Notes: generated by a model from the sequence alone, not told the origin. A DNA stretch of 32,000 bases from Raphidiopsis brookii D9 (GCA_000175855.1 ACYB01000037.1:30001-62000); one strand, 5' to 3'; numbered from the stretch's first letter, positions 1 through 10,584 are shown. A program made the numbers and translations.

Positions 1-70
1 ACTGATTATCTCAGTCTGTCATTATTTTCTTGACGAGTAGATTGCTTTGTACTGTCTTTCAAACTATATT

Positions 71-83
71 GTTTTCAAGGTTC
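71..83 (-). promoter_or_regulatory. boxA-like antitermination element of an rRNA leader
   Basis: Reverse complement reads GAACCTTGAAAAC, matching the boxA sequence known from cyanobacterial rRNA leaders/ITS regions. It lies about 50 nt downstream of the inferred promoter. Confidence 0.6.
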
Positions 84-133
84 GGGTGTGCTTGGGAGTC
101 GCTGTTTCTTGCGTCTCTCTCAGCCACTTAATC

Positions 134-162
134 AATATAGCGAACCTCTTTGAGAATGTCAA
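134..162 (-). promoter_or_regulatory. sigma70-type promoter reading toward position 1 (likely rRNA operon promoter)
   Basis: Minus strand: TTGACA (157-162), 17-nt spacer, TATATT (134-139). The boxA-like GAACCTTGAAAAC follows downstream at 71-83. Confidence 0.7.
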
Positions 163-296
163 CTACTTTTTCCACTTTTTTTCTAAAAAAGTTTTTTGCC
201 AAAATCTTAGGGGCTGAATCCTTTACGGGTCAGGCATTTGAGCCACGGGTGACCTGTTGAAATCTCTGTTTAAGCTTGATTACATTTAAACAACTG

Positions 297-1190
297 ATGG
301 AAAATTCGATTAAAAATTTATTGGGTGTATTACCACCGGTTTTGTTGCTTGACCCCATGCTGCGGGTCTGGTTGATGGAAGATATTGGCAGGGGCGATCG
401 CACGACTCAAGCCCTATTATCCGATCGCCATACTATTGTACAAGCTAGGTGGGTGGCTAAAGCACGGGGGATAATTGCCGGGTTGCCAATTGCAGCTAGG
501 GTGTTTTACCTATTAAATGACAAAATCAATTTTGTGCCACTCAAGGCTGAGGGAGACCCGTGTCAATCTGATGAAGTAGTAGCAGAAATTACAGGGGCTT
601 GGGATGGGTTATTGATGGGGGAGCGGGTGGCACTGAATTTGGTCATGCGGTTAAGTGGAATTGCTAGTTTGACTAATATGTATGTGGAAAAAATAGCAGA
701 TCTGTCCGCTAAGTTTGTTGATACTCGTAAGACCACTCCCGGTTTGAGAATTTTAGAAAAGTATGCTAGTTCGGTGGGTGGAGCTATTAATCATCGTATG
801 GGATTGGATGATGCGGTGATGATTAAGGATAATCACATAGTGGCAGCTGGCAGTATTACTAAGGCTATTCAACAAGTGCGATCGCAAATCCCATATCCAC
901 TGACCATTGAGGTAGAAACTGAAACTATAGAGCAGGTTGAGGAAGCGCTACAATGTCAAGCTGACATTATTATGTTGGATAATATGTCTCTGGATATGAT
1001 GACCCAAGCAGTAAGTTTAATTCGTCAACAGGATAAACGGGTGAAAGTTGAAGCATCGGGCAATATTAGCTTAGAGACTATTCGTAGTGTGGCACAAACG
1101 GGTGTGGATTTTATTTCCAGCAGTGCCCCTGTAACTCAATCACGATGGTTAGATCTGAGTATGAGGATAGAGAGTAATTTAGATGACTAA
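297..1190 (+). CDS. nadC: nicotinate-nucleotide pyrophosphorylase (quinolinate phosphoribosyltransferase)
   Basis: The ORF track starts at TTG 276; ATG 297 is more plausible. Motifs: EDIGRGDRTT, TRKTTPGLR, NHRMGLDDAVMIKDNH, VEVE, ASGNIS. Confidence 0.93.
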   Translation: MENSIKNLLGVLPPVLLLDPMLRVWLMEDIGRGDRTTQALLSDRHTIVQARWVAKARGIIAGLPIAARVFYLLNDKINFVPLKAEGDPCQSDEVVAEITGAWDGLLMGERVALNLVMRLSGIASLTNMYVEKIADLSAKFVDTRKTTPGLRILEKYASSVGGAINHRMGLDDAVMIKDNHIVAAGSITKAIQQVRSQIPYPLTIEVETETIEQVEEALQCQADIIMLDNMSLDMMTQAVSLIRQQDKRVKVEASGNISLETIRSVAQTGVDFISSSAPVTQSRWLDLSMRIESNLDD

Positions 1191-1196
1191 AAGTGA

Positions 1197-2987
1197 CTAT
1201 AACTCCCTATCAGGAAGATTATAGGTCCAGATAGTTTGAGAACGGGCCATATTTAACCACTGATGGTCAGTGGTCAAATACCCAATTTCCGTCATGTACT
1301 CATGATGGGTTCTGGGAATGGCTAAGTAGTAATCTGACCCTGATTCCTCACACTCATATTCCTTAACCAAAGGAGGAGATTGAACACTCAGATCCAGATT
1401 GGTCACATCATAAAGTCTAATAGCTAGAATGTTACCTCCTCTCTTTTTTGCCAACTGGCGATCGCTCTCGGAAATGTACCAGTGAACATAGGCCCATTTA
1501 GCCGAGCGCGGTACAAAGACAATGGAGCTTCCGGTACCGATTTGAGAATTATTTGGGGGAATGTGATTCTCTATGACTGTTAGAGGAGGGTTGTTGACCA
1601 CTCCAACTGGTGCTTCCATATCCCAAACCAACTCCCCGAAATCTAAGCCTACCGCTTGATCAAAAACATCGGAGTCACTGGCAATTACTTTTTCCGTGGC
1701 GGAGTAATTAACTAGACTCTCATTACTATTCTTGTCCGTGTTGTCCGTTTCTTTCAGAATTCTCCTTTTGGCCCTTTGACTAGAACCTGATATCCCCTCA
1801 GTAGCAAGATTTTTCTTTCGTGGGGATTTTTTACTCATTAATAGCCAAAGTAAGAACGTTAGGACTATTACTAGAAAGAATAAACCAATTAACACTCCTA
1901 GGAGTTTTCCGTTTCCCACAACACTGGAAAATAGCCGACTAGCATAGCCAAAATAATTACCATTATTTATTCCTGGGGAGACAGAACTTGACAGCAGCCC
2001 ATTTTGGGAATAACTGGGAGCTAGAGACTCAGAACCAGGGGTGGAGTTTTGTGCCATATTTGGCAATGTTGCGACTGCTGACAACTCTTCTTCTTTGGCC
2101 TTAGATATAGCTTTTTTTCCTACTTGGGTGGTAGCAAGGTCAACAAAATTAATCACTATAGGATCTGAATTACGCTTGTAAGCATAAACCAGGGGTAATG
2201 AAAAGGGATATTTGGAATTATCGGGATAAGTACCCTGAATTTTGAGTATTCTTACCTGGGGAACTGTTTTTACTTGACTGACTATGGCATAACTGATACC
2301 ATCCTTACCCAATTGTTGGATAATTTCCGTAGTTTTATCTCGGCTGACAGTAAGATATTTATCACTATTACTAGTAAATTCGGGAAAATTGAACACTGGG
2401 TAACCACCGAGAGAACGGCGAGTTTCACTGGTCACAGAACGATCAATAAACCTAATTGCTGTGGGAGGCCCACCTACCTGAGACCAGTTAGTAATTTCAC
2501 CTCTAAATACCCTCGTAAACTCCCCAATCGTTAAACCACCCTGGAAGGGATTATCAACACCAACCACAACGGCAATTTTTTCCCTGGTTAGACGAACCTG
2601 CTTTAGTCCCTGGGCTTTTTCTGCTGGAGTCAGTCCCCGGGCGATCGCCGCTACATCAATTTTCCCGTTCAACAAGGATTTAATAGCTGCATCATTACCG
2701 CTTGTCCCTATTTCTACCTGAGTACCGGGAAACAGTTCCTCAAAGCTATTTTTTAGCTTTCGGTTGATCATTAACAATTTAATCGAACCATCAATTCTAA
2801 CCTTATTCTTGTTAGCGACTCTTGGTAACAGTTCCAAACCATTACTTTCCGTATTTGATTGTGCTAGTACTGGTGCAAAAAAGTTTGTTGTTAGCAGACT
2901 ACCACCCAAGGTTAAAAACAAGAATAATAAATTGCGTGTTAGTTTATTTGGACTGTTTAGATTATTCTTTTTACTTTCTTTTCGCAT
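1197..2987 (-). CDS. PstS-like periplasmic phosphate-binding domain, transmembrane segment and C-terminal DUF4912-like domain
   Basis: N-terminal signal-like segment, then a PBP-like domain (VEIGTSGNDAAIKSLLNGKIDVAAIARGLTPAEK, FRGEITNWSQVGG). Transmembrane segment GVLIGLFFLVIVLTFLLWLLM. C-terminal AKWAYVHWYIS..LAIRLYDVTN..YECEESGSDYYLAIPRTHHEYMTEIGYLTTDHQWLNMARS resembles DUF4912. Confidence 0.8.
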   Translation of the reverse strand: MRKESKKNNLNSPNKLTRNLLFLFLTLGGSLLTTNFFAPVLAQSNTESNGLELLPRVANKNKVRIDGSIKLLMINRKLKNSFEELFPGTQVEIGTSGNDAAIKSLLNGKIDVAAIARGLTPAEKAQGLKQVRLTREKIAVVVGVDNPFQGGLTIGEFTRVFRGEITNWSQVGGPPTAIRFIDRSVTSETRRSLGGYPVFNFPEFTSNSDKYLTVSRDKTTEIIQQLGKDGISYAIVSQVKTVPQVRILKIQGTYPDNSKYPFSLPLVYAYKRNSDPIVINFVDLATTQVGKKAISKAKEEELSAVATLPNMAQNSTPGSESLAPSYSQNGLLSSSVSPGINNGNYFGYASRLFSSVVGNGKLLGVLIGLFFLVIVLTFLLWLLMSKKSPRKKNLATEGISGSSQRAKRRILKETDNTDKNSNESLVNYSATEKVIASDSDVFDQAVGLDFGELVWDMEAPVGVVNNPPLTVIENHIPPNNSQIGTGSSIVFVPRSAKWAYVHWYISESDRQLAKKRGGNILAIRLYDVTNLDLSVQSPPLVKEYECEESGSDYYLAIPRTHHEYMTEIGYLTTDHQWLNMARSQTIWTYNLPDREL

Positions 2988-3247
2988 ACCTTATTTACCA
3001 AAATGCTGTACTTTGCAGATCTGTCGAGATAGGTAGTTCATTAACCAACAACTTACAGGAAATTAACACACAGAGTTCACTTTTTGCCAATGTTTTTCTA
3101 GTTCTTAACAATTATACACTATATGGCACTTTTCCGACCCCGCAAGAATAATGATCACTCCCGGCACCTTTCGTGCTAAAATAAACACGCGAACTAGATA
3201 ATAAACCACCTTAGATATTCAGTAAAAATATCCTCTCACCAAAAGCC

Positions 3248-4336
3248 ATGAATCAGATATGCTGTCTGAATCCTACTTATGAATGTGATAATCCCCAAGT
3301 TCCAGACAACAATAGTTATTGCCCTACCTGTAGTATTCCTTTGGTAATATTGAAAAATCGTTATCAACCAGTTAAACGTTTAGGGGGCGGTGGATTTGCT
3401 AAAACCTACTTGGCGCTGGACACTCATAAATTAAATGAACCTTGTGTAATTAAACAGCTGGCACCTTCTTTAGGCAATCAAACAACACAAGCCTTAATCA
3501 AAGCTACAGAGTTATTCCTACAAGAGGCACAGCAACTACAAAAGTTGGCAGAACACACTCAAATACCTAGCCTATTTGCATACTTTGAAGAAAATCGACA
3601 GTTATATTTAGTAGAGCAGTTTGTTGATGGCAAAAATTTACTCGAAGAACTACAAACTGAGGGGGTCTTCAACGAAGCTAAAATTCGAGAGTTTTTGCAG
3701 GACTTATTACTCATCCTCCAGGAAGTTCATAAGCAAGGGATTATACACCGAGATATTAAACCGGAAAATATTATGCGTCGTCACAAAGATGGCAAATTGG
3801 TGTTGATTGATTTTGGTGCTTCCAAGGAATTACAAGGAGGAGCAACTTCAGGAACGCGGATTGGCACAGATGGTTATGCACCCTGGGAACAAAGAGTTGA
3901 TGGTGTAGCAAGTACCGCTGGTGACCTATATAGTCTTGGTGTAACCTGTTTTTACTTGCTTACTAGTAAAAATCCCTATGAACTTTGGCTTAAAGACGGT
4001 TACAACTGGGTGGCAAACTGGCGTAACTATTTAAATCAACCTTTAAGTCAGAAATTGCAGCAGATTTTGGATAAGTTATTAGTAGCTAGTTCTGATAAAC
4101 GCTATGGTTTGGCGGAAAAGGTACTAGAAGAATTGAGACAACCCTATAGTATTATCCCATCAAACTCTCCCAAAACAATAATATCACACACTGAAAAGCC
4201 CCAGCGATTCAGTTATATTCTAGCACTAATTAGTGTGTTTATACTAGGAATTGGTTACCTAGTAATAACCAAAAGTCCCCAATTTCAACCTAGAACCGAG
4301 CCAAATGTAATCCCAGAAACAGATAGGGGACTTTAA
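3248..4336 (+). CDS. serine/threonine protein kinase with N-terminal Cys-rich (zinc-ribbon-like) motif and C-terminal TM segment
   Basis: N-terminal Cys cluster (CC..C....YCPTC), glycine loop LGGGGFAKTYLA, catalytic K in CVIKQL, HRDIKPENIM, DFGAS, YAPWEQ. TM segment near the C-terminus. Confidence 0.92.
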   Translation: MNQICCLNPTYECDNPQVPDNNSYCPTCSIPLVILKNRYQPVKRLGGGGFAKTYLALDTHKLNEPCVIKQLAPSLGNQTTQALIKATELFLQEAQQLQKLAEHTQIPSLFAYFEENRQLYLVEQFVDGKNLLEELQTEGVFNEAKIREFLQDLLLILQEVHKQGIIHRDIKPENIMRRHKDGKLVLIDFGASKELQGGATSGTRIGTDGYAPWEQRVDGVASTAGDLYSLGVTCFYLLTSKNPYELWLKDGYNWVANWRNYLNQPLSQKLQQILDKLLVASSDKRYGLAEKVLEELRQPYSIIPSNSPKTIISHTEKPQRFSYILALISVFILGIGYLVITKSPQFQPRTEPNVIPETDRGL

Positions 4337-4345
4337 TAACCGCAT

Positions 4346-5443
4346 CTAGCAACCAAAACTCGACAAAACCTGAGTAACAACATCCGTTGGTACCTGGTCT
4401 GTAACTAGAACCTTTCCTATTTGAGTAGGTAGGATAAATCTCACCTTACCTGATTTAACCTTCTTGTCTAATTGTAAGGCATCAATTAGTTGATTAATAT
4501 CTAAACCTGCTGGCAATTTAGTTGGCAGTCCAGATTTTTTGATAAGTGTATTTTGACGTTCTACATCCGATTTTGACCAAAGTTCTAATCTAACAGCAAT
4601 TTCCCCTGCCGCTATCATACCAATACCTATAGCTTCACCATGCTTAAACACTCGATATTTAGTGACACTTTCCACCGCGTGACCAATAGTATGGCCGTAA
4701 TTCAAAATTGCCCGGATCCCAGATTCTTTTTCATCTTGACTGACCACATTTGCTTTCGCTTCACAAGAATGAGTTAAGATATAGTTTATCAGGTCGGATT
4801 TTACATAGCGGAGCTGATCAAGGTGCTTGCTTGCTTCCAACTTAGCAAACAACTGGGGGTCCCAAATTACCCCGTACTTGATCACTTCCGCCATTCCCGC
4901 TCTGAATTCAGCACTGGGTAAGGTTTGGAGAACTTGAGGGTCAATTAGTACTAACCTGGGTTGATAAAATGCACCAATTAGGTTTTTACCATGGGGATGA
5001 TTAACCCCTGTTTTTCCACCCACGGAAGAATCAACCATCGCTAATAAACTAGTGGGGACTTGTACTAAATTAATTCCTCTTAGCCAGGTAGCAGCAGCAA
5101 ATCCCGTCATATCACCCACAACACCACCACCTAAAGCTACCATGGTAGAGTTGCGCTCTAATTTATGTTCTAAAGCCGTATCATAAATTTTTTGAATAGA
5201 GTTTAATGTTTTATATCGCTCTCCAGCTGGGAGATTATAGTGAACCACATCAAAACCAGCATTTTGTAAAGAGGCGATCGCCCGCTCTCCATAATGCTTA
5301 AATATGATGGGGTTAGAAACCAAAAGGGTCTTTTTACCTAGATTGAGACTAGCCATTTGTGAGCCCAGTTGATCCAGACCACCTGGTGCAACAATGATTT
5401 GATAGGAATTTTCTGGTATATCTACTTTAATTACGGAAGTCAT
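4346..5443 (-). CDS. aroB: 3-dehydroquinate synthase
   Basis: Motifs: [59 protein letters not shown]. Confidence 0.95.
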   Translation of the reverse strand: MTSVIKVDIPENSYQIIVAPGGLDQLGSQMASLNLGKKTLLVSNPIIFKHYGERAIASLQNAGFDVVHYNLPAGERYKTLNSIQKIYDTALEHKLERNSTMVALGGGVVGDMTGFAAATWLRGINLVQVPTSLLAMVDSSVGGKTGVNHPHGKNLIGAFYQPRLVLIDPQVLQTLPSAEFRAGMAEVIKYGVIWDPQLFAKLEASKHLDQLRYVKSDLINYILTHSCEAKANVVSQDEKESGIRAILNYGHTIGHAVESVTKYRVFKHGEAIGIGMIAAGEIAVRLELWSKSDVERQNTLIKKSGLPTKLPAGLDINQLIDALQLDKKVKSGKVRFILPTQIGKVLVTDQVPTDVVTQVLSSFGC

Positions 5444-5517
5444 CGAAAAACCCGGATATAATGGGAAATTATATATGATTGAATAGATTTAGTGAACTAA
5501 ATTCTGGAGCGAGATCA

Positions 5518-5610
5518 ATGGCCGTAGTAGAATATGTGGCTTTTTTGGCCGTGTTTACAGTTATCGCAGTGGGACTATTATTTGGTCTTCGTGCTGCTAA
5601 GATAATCTAG
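5518..5610 (+). CDS. petL: cytochrome b6-f complex subunit PetL (30 aa; absent from the ORF track)
   Basis: Hand translation gives MAVVEYVAFLAVFTVIAVGLLFGLRAAKII. This matches the pattern of Nostocales PetL (single TM helix ending GLLFGLR.AKI). Confidence 0.85.
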   Translation: MAVVEYVAFLAVFTVIAVGLLFGLRAAKII

Positions 5611-5626
5611 CAAGCCTAAAACTTAC

Positions 5627-5662
5627 CCAAAACTACTCCAGTCTTGACTTAGGTAGTTTTGG
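5627..5662 (+). terminator. stem-loop terminator after petL, possibly bidirectional with bioB
   Basis: CCAAAACTAC (5627-5636) pairs perfectly with GTAGTTTTGG (5653-5662), followed by TGTTTATTTCC. Confidence 0.65.
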
Positions 5663-5680
5663 TGTTTATTTCCTAATTTA

Positions 5681-6655
5681 TTAAAGTTTACAAGGGGGAC
5701 GCATTTGCAAACCCAATAGCTTTAACATTTCCCCATCCGTGTCATAATCGGGACAAGGGGTGGTAACAGTCAACATTTTCTGGTCATCACTAGAAAAAAT
5801 TGAATTGGCACCCGCCATAAAACACAAAGACTGTTCCACAGGAGAAAGTCTAGCTCTTCCAGCACTTAAACGCACATCAGAGGTGGGCATAATGATTCTA
5901 GCAGTAGCAATCATCCGCACCACATCCCAAATAACAACTTCCGGTTGGTTGGACAGGGGTGTTCCTTCAACCTGAGAGAGAATATTAATAGGAACTGATT
6001 CAGGATGGGGTTCCAGACTAGATAGAGTATATAACATTCCCACCCGGTCTTCCACACTCTCACCCAGACCCAGAATACCACCAGAACAAACAGTCACATT
6101 AGTTGATCGAACATTTTTAATTGTATTCAGGCGATCGCTATATGTTCTAGTGGTAATAACACTACTATAATATTCTTCAGAAGTATCCAGGTTATGATTA
6201 TAAGCGTAAAGACCTGCGTCTTGTAATTTTTGAGCTTGATTGGCTGTTAACATGCCCAAAGTGCAGCAGACCTCCAGTCCCATAGAGGCTACATTTTTAA
6301 CTATATCCAAAACTTGTTCAAATTGGGAATTATCTCGTACTTCGCGCCAAGCAGCGCCCATACAGATTCGACTGACACCATTTTCCCTAGCTTTCTGAGC
6401 AATATTTAATACTGTTTCCTTAGCTAATAAAGCTTCTGGTTTGACCTCAGTTTTATAATAGGAGGACTGGGCGCAGTAACCACAGTCTTCTGGGCAACCA
6501 CCAGTTTTAATAGATATTAGCTTGCACACCTGTATTTGTTTAGGATTATGAAATTGACGGTGTACAGTAGCTGCTTGATAAACCAGCTCTAAAAGAGGTG
6601 TATTGTAGATAGCGAAAATCTCATCTTTTTGCCAATCGTAGCGTATTTGCGCCAT
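5681..6655 (-). CDS. bioB: biotin synthase
   Basis: Radical-SAM motif [13 protein letters not shown]; [12 protein letters not shown]; GGILGLGE; SAGR. The track begins at 6688; MAQIRYDW near 6655 is the likelier start. Confidence 0.94.
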   Translation of the reverse strand: MAQIRYDWQKDEIFAIYNTPLLELVYQAATVHRQFHNPKQIQVCKLISIKTGGCPEDCGYCAQSSYYKTEVKPEALLAKETVLNIAQKARENGVSRICMGAAWREVRDNSQFEQVLDIVKNVASMGLEVCCTLGMLTANQAQKLQDAGLYAYNHNLDTSEEYYSSVITTRTYSDRLNTIKNVRSTNVTVCSGGILGLGESVEDRVGMLYTLSSLEPHPESVPINILSQVEGTPLSNQPEVVIWDVVRMIATARIIMPTSDVRLSAGRARLSPVEQSLCFMAGANSIFSSDDQKMLTVTTPCPDYDTDGEMLKLLGLQMRPPCKL

Positions 6656-6822
6656 TACTATCCTTTTACTATCCTTTATAATGAACATAAAGACACGGAA
6701 ATTTTAACCGTGGGATAGAAGTAGGGTAGCATCATCTACTGATTAATGGCAATTGGTAATAATGTAGAATGCAAGAAAACACCAAAAATCCCAAAAATGA
6801 ACCCAGCTCAAACCCCAAATGA

Positions 6823-8247
6823 TACAACCCCCCTAACCCTTTACATTCTCTCAAGTATGAATATAAATTAGAGTCATTAGGTAATGACTACTATGACGAA
6901 GTTGATGCAGAAGAATTTCCCCAACACATTTTACGCTGGCGAAATAATTCATTATTAGAACGTTTAGGAATAGACCATCAAATAATTACAGATCAAAACT
7001 TTATTGATAGCTTTGGCAAATTTGAAGGAAAGAAACCATTTTTAGCACTGCGTTATCATGGGTATCAATTTGGTGAATATAACCCTCATTTAGGAGATGG
7101 TAGAGGTTTTCTTTATGGACAAATTAGGGGTATGGATGGAGAACTATATGATTTTGGCACTAAGGGGTCAGGGAGAACGCCTTATTCCCGTGGTGGTGAT
7201 GGAATGCTAACCCTCAAAGGAGGGGTGAGAGAAGTTTTAGCAGGGGAAGCATTACACCGTTTAGGTGTGAGAACATCCCGATGTTTAAGCATGATTGAAA
7301 CTGGATTATCTTTATGGCGAGGAGATGAACCTTCTCCCACCCGTTCATCAGTTATGGTGCGTGTGAGTAAATCCCATATTAGATTTGGCACTTTTGAGAG
7401 ATTACATTATTTAAAACGCCCGGATTTAATCCAAAAATTATTAGATCATGTGATTGATCAATACTATCAAGATCTAAACAATCAGCAGGATAAATATGCT
7501 TTGTTTTATGCTGAACTGGTGAAGAGAGTAGCGGAGTTAGTGGCACAATGGATGTGCGCGGGTTTTTGCCACGGGGTTTTAAATACTGACAACATGTCTA
7601 TTACAGGAGAAAGTTTTGACTATGGACCCTATGCTTTTATCCCCACCTATGATTTAAATTTTACTGCTGCCTACTTTGATTATTATCGGCGTTATTGTTA
7701 TGGTCAGCAACCAAGTATCTGTTATTTAAATTTAGAACTGTTGCAAGAGCCATTAAAAGCGGTGATTGACCCAGTGGATCTGGATTATGGGTTAGCAAAA
7801 TTTCAGGAATACTACCATGCAGAATATGGGAATTTGATGTTGAAAAGATTAGGTTTCGCCCAAACCAAATTTCCAGAAGCTAATGATTTGTTAGATCTCA
7901 CAATTGGTTTTTTAAAAGAAAGTCAAATTAATTATCATCAGTTTTTTGCCGATATGGCAAACACATTTTCCCCCAGATGGTGTGAGGAACCTAGTTTAAT
8001 TATGGAGGAATCACAAATTTTGCCTCCTGTGAGGTCATCATCTGTTTTTAAAAAGTGGTGTGCACTTTATCATCAAGTCCTCAACAACTTGGTTTCCCAA
8101 GAAATGGCGAATGTTGGTACAACCTTGGTTCAATATAATCCCCAGTCTAATTTACTAAGACCAGTAATTGAAGAGACTTGGCAACCAATTGTGGAACAGG
8201 ATAATTGGCAACCTTTTTATGATTTGATCCAAAATTTTCATACCTAG
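6823..8247 (+). CDS. selO: SelO/YdiU family protein (pseudokinase AMPylase) with disrupted or unresolved N-terminus
   Basis: The open frame extends well upstream of the tracked M at 7132: [49 protein letters not shown]...[62 protein letters not shown]. No ATG/GTG/TTG occurs in frame between the TGA at 6820-6822 and 7132. Confidence 0.85.
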   Translation, partial: YNPPNPLHSLKYEYKLESLGNDYYDEVDAEEFPQHILRWRNNSLLERLGIDHQIITDQNFIDSFGKFEGKKPFLALRYHGYQFGEYNPHLGDGRGFLYGQIRGMDGELYDFGTKGSGRTPYSRGGDGMLTLKGGVREVLAGEALHRLGVRTSRCLSMIETGLSLWRGDEPSPTRSSVMVRVSKSHIRFGTFERLHYLKRPDLIQKLLDHVIDQYYQDLNNQQDKYALFYAELVKRVAELVAQWMCAGFCHGVLNTDNMSITGESFDYGPYAFIPTYDLNFTAAYFDYYRRYCYGQQPSICYLNLELLQEPLKAVIDPVDLDYGLAKFQEYYHAEYGNLMLKRLGFAQTKFPEANDLLDLTIGFLKESQINYHQFFADMANTFSPRWCEEPSLIMEESQILPPVRSSSVFKKWCALYHQVLNNLVSQEMANVGTTLVQYNPQSNLLRPVIEETWQPIVEQDNWQPFYDLIQNFHT

Positions 8248-8311
8248 TATAACAAACCGTACTGTCTAAACTTTTGACAGCACGGCTATTTACCTTATTT
8301 ACTTCCAAACT

Positions 8312-8539
8312 CTACTCAGATAAACCTTGGCTAGCATAAGCATCCATACCATAAGCAGGGGTGCGGGTTTCATAATTAATTTCTTGACCGGTAATTGACT
8401 TAGCTAGTCTTGCAAACGACTCAGAACGCCAATTACGCTCATGGATGGGCTTGGTTTGCTCACCCATAAAATATGCTAGGGAACCAATCAACCCAGCTGC
8501 AACCCAACCAATAACAAATAATGCAATTAAGAGAACCAT
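8312..8539 (-). CDS. small conserved cyanobacterial one-TM protein (possibly Psb35-like, tentative)
   Basis: 75 aa: N-terminal TM segment, then GEQTKPIHERNWRSESFARLAKSITGQEINY. Product name from memory only. Confidence 0.55.
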   Translation of the reverse strand: MVLLIALFVIGWVAAGLIGSLAYFMGEQTKPIHERNWRSESFARLAKSITGQEINYETRTPAYGMDAYASQGLSE

Positions 8540-8661
8540 TTGACCAACTCCTTATTGAATGAGTCTTTATTACTCTATGTAAACAAAGATAACAAAATAT
8601 TAAGAAAATTGTCAAACGGGTCTCAAGTGTGGTAACCGCCATTTAAGGTAGGGTTTGCTGG

Positions 8662-8687
8662 AAAAAAAGACAGGCTTTTTGCCTGTC
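8662..8687 (-). terminator. Rho-independent terminator of petC-petA
   Basis: Minus strand: GACAGGC-AAAAA-GCCTGTC perfect 7-bp stem, followed directly by a run of seven T. Confidence 0.88.
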
Positions 8688-8717
8688 CCAAGAAAAAAGT
8701 GCGACCTAGCAGGGAAT

Positions 8718-9719
8718 TTAGAAATTCATCTCAGCAGCTTGTACTTTTTCTACTTGTTTTTTCTTCAGCACTAGCATTACCTGTGCCATCATGACTAAAC
8801 AGATAAAGGCAATTAGCCACACAACCCTAGAACTATCTTGTAAGACAATTTCTGCGTCTTTTTGACCAAAACCACCTACATTGGGGTTATTGGTTAAAGC
8901 ATCACCAGATGCTACAGTTTGTCCTTCAGAAACAATTAATTCCGGACCTGCGGGCACAGAGTCTTCTACCACATCTCCCGATGCAGTTGTGATGCTAACT
9001 ATATATTTGACATTACCATCTTCATCTTCGGTTTGAGCAATCTTGCTAATTGTCCCCGCAGCGGAAGCATTGTAAATGTTATTGTTGCTCTTTTCACCCG
9101 TGGGGTAAACTTGTCCACGTCCCCGATTTCCGCCAACATGAATGGAATATTTGCCAAAGTGGATATTTTTGTCGGTAGCAGGGTTAGGTGACAATACAGG
9201 AAAAACAATTTCTTGATATTCTTCCCCAGGTAATGGCCCAACAATAATTACGTTTTCTTGATCTTCCTTGTAGGTTTGGAATGGTAAATCCCCTACTTCT
9301 TCTTTGAGTTCTTCTGGTATGCGATCTTCTGGAGCAATCTTAAACCCTTCTGGTAACATCAATACCGCTCCAACGTTTAAACCAACCTTAGAACCATCCG
9401 CTCCTACTTGCTGTATGTTAGTATCGTATGGTATTTTGACCACCGCTTTAAATACGGTGTCAGGTAGTACAGATTGTGGTACTTCTACTTCTGTGTTCTT
9501 GGCAGCTAGGTGACAGTTGGCACAGACAATTCGCCCTGTGGCTTCGCGAGGTGTTTCAGGAGCAGTTTCCTGCGCCCAAAAGGGATAAGCAGCAGCATAT
9601 TGGGGTTGAACGAAATCGCTAGCCAAGAAAAATGTCACGGAGGCGATCGCTATTAGTAATGTATTTAACATTACTTTAGCAGCGCGAGCTAACCTCGCTG
9701 GTGTAAGGGCGTTTCTCAT
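8718..9719 (-). CDS. petA: cytochrome f (apocytochrome, b6f complex)
   Basis: [28 protein letters not shown] (haem CxxCH), lumenal domain and C-terminal TM helix [35 protein letters not shown]. Confidence 0.97.
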   Translation of the reverse strand: MRNALTPARLARAAKVMLNTLLIAIASVTFFLASDFVQPQYAAAYPFWAQETAPETPREATGRIVCANCHLAAKNTEVEVPQSVLPDTVFKAVVKIPYDTNIQQVGADGSKVGLNVGAVLMLPEGFKIAPEDRIPEELKEEVGDLPFQTYKEDQENVIIVGPLPGEEYQEIVFPVLSPNPATDKNIHFGKYSIHVGGNRGRGQVYPTGEKSNNNIYNASAAGTISKIAQTEDEDGNVKYIVSITTASGDVVEDSVPAGPELIVSEGQTVASGDALTNNPNVGGFGQKDAEIVLQDSSRVVWLIAFICLVMMAQVMLVLKKKQVEKVQAAEMNF

Positions 9720-9759
9720 CTCTATAAAGTCATGTTTCGGTTTTAGTTAGTCAGTTGTC

Positions 9760-9779
9760 ATTAGTCAGCATTGACTAAT
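9760..9779. repeat. short inverted repeat in the petC-petA spacer
   Basis: ATTAGTCA-GCAT-TGACTAAT, perfect 8-bp arms. Confidence 0.7.
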
Positions 9780-9805
9780 AATTAGTTACGCAGCACTTTA
9801 TTCTA

Positions 9806-10345
9806 TTAAGCCCACCAGGGGTTTTCATTAGTGCGGAAGTCGGTTTCCGTCCAAGGGGTCAAAACGATAGTGTCATCGTTGACATTAGCATGAGCTAAAG
9901 CTAGAGATTTAGGTGCAGGTCCGCGTACAACTTTACCAGTAGCATCGTATTGAGAACCATGGCAAGGACATTTAAACTTATTCTCTGCTACGTTCCAGGG
10001 AACAACACAACCCAGGTGGGTACAGATAGCATTAATGCCATAGTCAGCAATTGCTTCTTTACTTTCCACCACGATGTAGGTAGGGTCGCCCTTTAATCCT
10101 TGTACTAAAGTCCGATCTCCCACATTGTGACTAGAAAGAAACTTGCTGACACTAACATCATTGCCCAATTCATCCTTTGCGACTGAACCACCACCAGCAC
10201 CACCGCTGGCGGGCGGGATGAAGTAGTTAACAACGGGATAGAGCACTCCAGCAGCTACCCCGGTCACAGTCCCAAAGGTAAGTAAGTTCATAAACTGGCG
10301 ACGACCCATATCAGGTACGTCCATTGATTCAGAAAATTGAGCCAT
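9806..10345 (-). CDS. petC: Rieske iron-sulfur protein of cytochrome b6-f complex
   Basis: CTHLGC and CPCHGS motifs, with [33 protein letters not shown]. Confidence 0.97.
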   Translation of the reverse strand: MAQFSESMDVPDMGRRQFMNLLTFGTVTGVAAGVLYPVVNYFIPPASGGAGGGSVAKDELGNDVSVSKFLSSHNVGDRTLVQGLKGDPTYIVVESKEAIADYGINAICTHLGCVVPWNVAENKFKCPCHGSQYDATGKVVRGPAPKSLALAHANVNDDTIVLTPWTETDFRTNENPWWA

Positions 10346-10584
10346 AGTCTACACGCTCTTTGTGTGGTTTGTTGAGTATTTTGACAAGAGTGGTAGCACT
10401 ATATCAACTCTTGTCTGAGTCGAAATGCTAACACCCCCGGTGATATCTGATCTTATAGGATTGATCTGGCATCATCATTTATTAGCATTACATTTCTTTA
10501 TATCCCTATCATACTTGAGTTAGGGAACTTAATATCATGACTCCATTTTTTATCTGGAGAAAAGGGGTGGAATCCAACCAAAAG

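Noticed and set aside
6820-6822. TGA as a selenocysteine codon in SelO
   Set aside because: In SelO proteins that use Sec, it is near the C-terminus. This TGA is in the variable N-terminus, cyanobacteria are not generally known to use Sec, and no SECIS-like hairpin was identified.
7132-7140. M7132 as the true start of the SelO protein
   Set aside because: The open frame upstream encodes conserved SelO N-terminal sequence, so 7132 is only the first canonical in-frame start, not the natural one.
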